Source: Geobacter metallireducens GS-15
GTDB lineage: Bacteria; Desulfobacterota; Desulfuromonadia; Geobacterales; Geobacteraceae
Assembly (NCBI RefSeq): GCF_000012925.1
Contig: NC_007517.1
Span: forward strand, 3,540,001 to 3,572,000
Length of the DNA: 32,000 bases
Direction: 5' to 3'
A program made the translations under genes and the position numbers. Position 1 is the stretch's first letter. The number at the start of each line of letters is the position of its first letter. Below are positions 31,193 to 32,000 of the stretch, one piece after another. Below the pieces are notes generated by a model. That model saw nothing but the letters and a program-made list of their open reading frames with translations, was not told the DNA's origin and made no database searches.

Positions 31193-32000
31193 ATGGCTTT
31201 GCGCAAGACGGCAGGTTATCTCTGGAACCCGATCAGCCTCATCGGTCTGCTCCTGGCGTTCGTGGGAACCGGTCTCATCATCGCGTTCCTCGCGATGGAG
31301 ATGATCACCGGGGTCGAACACCCCTACATCGGACTTCTGACCTACTTTGCCTTCCCGGGGATGCTCATCTTCGGGCTCATCCTGGTCCCGGTCGGCGCGT
31401 GGATGGTCCGGAACCGTCGGCGCAAGGAGGAGGAAGATATCCCCCCCTACCCCCGGATGGATTTCAACGATCCCCACAAGCGCCGCCTCTTCATCTTCTT
31501 CGTCCTGGCAAGCGTCATCTTCGTCCTGATCGTTTCGGTGGCGTCGATCCTCGGCTTCGAGTTCACCGAGTCGACCACCTTCTGCGGCGAACTCTGCCAC
31601 ACGGTCATGACTCCCGAGCACACGGCCTGGAAGAACTCTCCCCATGCACGGGTGAAATGCGTCGAGTGTCACGTGGGCCCCGGCGCCGAATGGTACGTCA
31701 AAGCGAAGATCTCCGGCCTGCGCCAAGTATGGGCCGTTGCGACCCACAGCTATCCGACCCCCATCGAGACCCCCATCGAGAACCTCCGCCCGGCGCGGGA
31801 CACCTGTGAACACTGCCACTGGCCCGAGAAGTTCTATTCCGGTCGCCAGAAGATCTTCTATCACTATGCACCCAACAAGGAGAACACCCCCCGCGAGATC
31901 AACATGCTGATCAACATCGGTGGCGCTCCCAAATCGCCCCATGCCAAGGGTATCCACTGGCACATCGGCACCGAGGTCTACTACATCTCCCGGGACAAGA
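31193..32000 (+). CDS. Membrane-anchored multihaem c-type cytochrome (NapC/NirT-like), 5' part; it runs off the window end and is not in the ORF track
   Basis: My translation is MALRKTAGYLWNPISLIGLLLAFVGTGLIIAF ... FIFFVLASVIFVLIVSVASILGF (two TM segments), then CGELCH, CVECH and CEHCH haem motifs. GGAGGAAAAGGT precedes the ATG, and no stop occurs before position 32000. Confidence 0.85.
   Translation, partial: MALRKTAGYLWNPISLIGLLLAFVGTGLIIAFLAMEMITGVEHPYIGLLTYFAFPGMLIFGLILVPVGAWMVRNRRRKEEEDIPPYPRMDFNDPHKRRLFIFFVLASVIFVLIVSVASILGFEFTESTTFCGELCHTVMTPEHTAWKNSPHARVKCVECHVGPGAEWYVKAKISGLRQVWAVATHSYPTPIETPIENLRPARDTCEHCHWPEKFYSGRQKIFYHYAPNKENTPREINMLINIGGAPKSPHAKGIHWHIGTEVYYISRDK

Noticed and set aside
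31175-31963. 262-aa minus-strand ORF
   Set aside because: It is antisense to the SD-preceded multihaem cytochrome frame (TM helices plus CxxCH motifs) and has no features of its own.

Overview
This 32-kb window comes from a high-GC chromosome that looks Geobacter-like (Desulfuromonadales). I infer that from PpcA-family triheme cytochromes c7, from codon usage, and from gene order as I remember it for Geobacter sulfurreducens; none of this is a database result.

The left edge (1 to ~2105) is a sharply AT-rich foreign element. It ends in a 622-aa large serine recombinase and interrupts radC, of which only the C-terminal JAMM part (2110-2337) is present here.

The rest is mostly core genes:
- an SDR/epimerase-like protein and a ferritin-like diiron protein;
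- a long minus-strand run: FKBP-type PPIase, dodecin, small lipoprotein, NfeD-like protein, lipA, lipoate-ligase-like gene, gcvPB, gcvPA, gcvH, gcvT, with overlapping or abutting stop/start codons from gcvH through lipA;
- an orphan hypA;
- a HAMP histidine kinase, a sigma-54 (NtrC-type) response regulator and an alpha-glucan phosphorylase;
- an orphan FliK-like / FlhB-C-like pair and an Omp85-type lipoprotein;
- a TIGR01212 radical-SAM gene coupled to a membrane-anchored XRE regulator;
- tandem triheme cytochromes (ppcC-like, ppcB-like);
- a DinG-family Fe-S helicase carrying an N-terminal JAB/MPN domain;
- pckA, a ferredoxin-rubredoxin pair, a 59-aa zinc-ribbon ORF, a class-V aminotransferase, and the 5' part of a membrane multihaem cytochrome.

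Three genes I support are missing from the supplied ORF track: the rubredoxin, the zinc-ribbon ORF and the partial cytochrome.

The most unusual non-genic signal is a set of G-rich tandem 7-nt tracts (GGGACCG / GGGGAAC / GGGGATC). They sit at the 3' ends of three consecutive genes. Two of them pair with inverted copies just upstream of the next gene's ribosome-binding site. They match the G-quadruplex motif and form long-range inverted repeats.

Many long ORFs in the track are antisense or alternative-frame artefacts of the high GC content.
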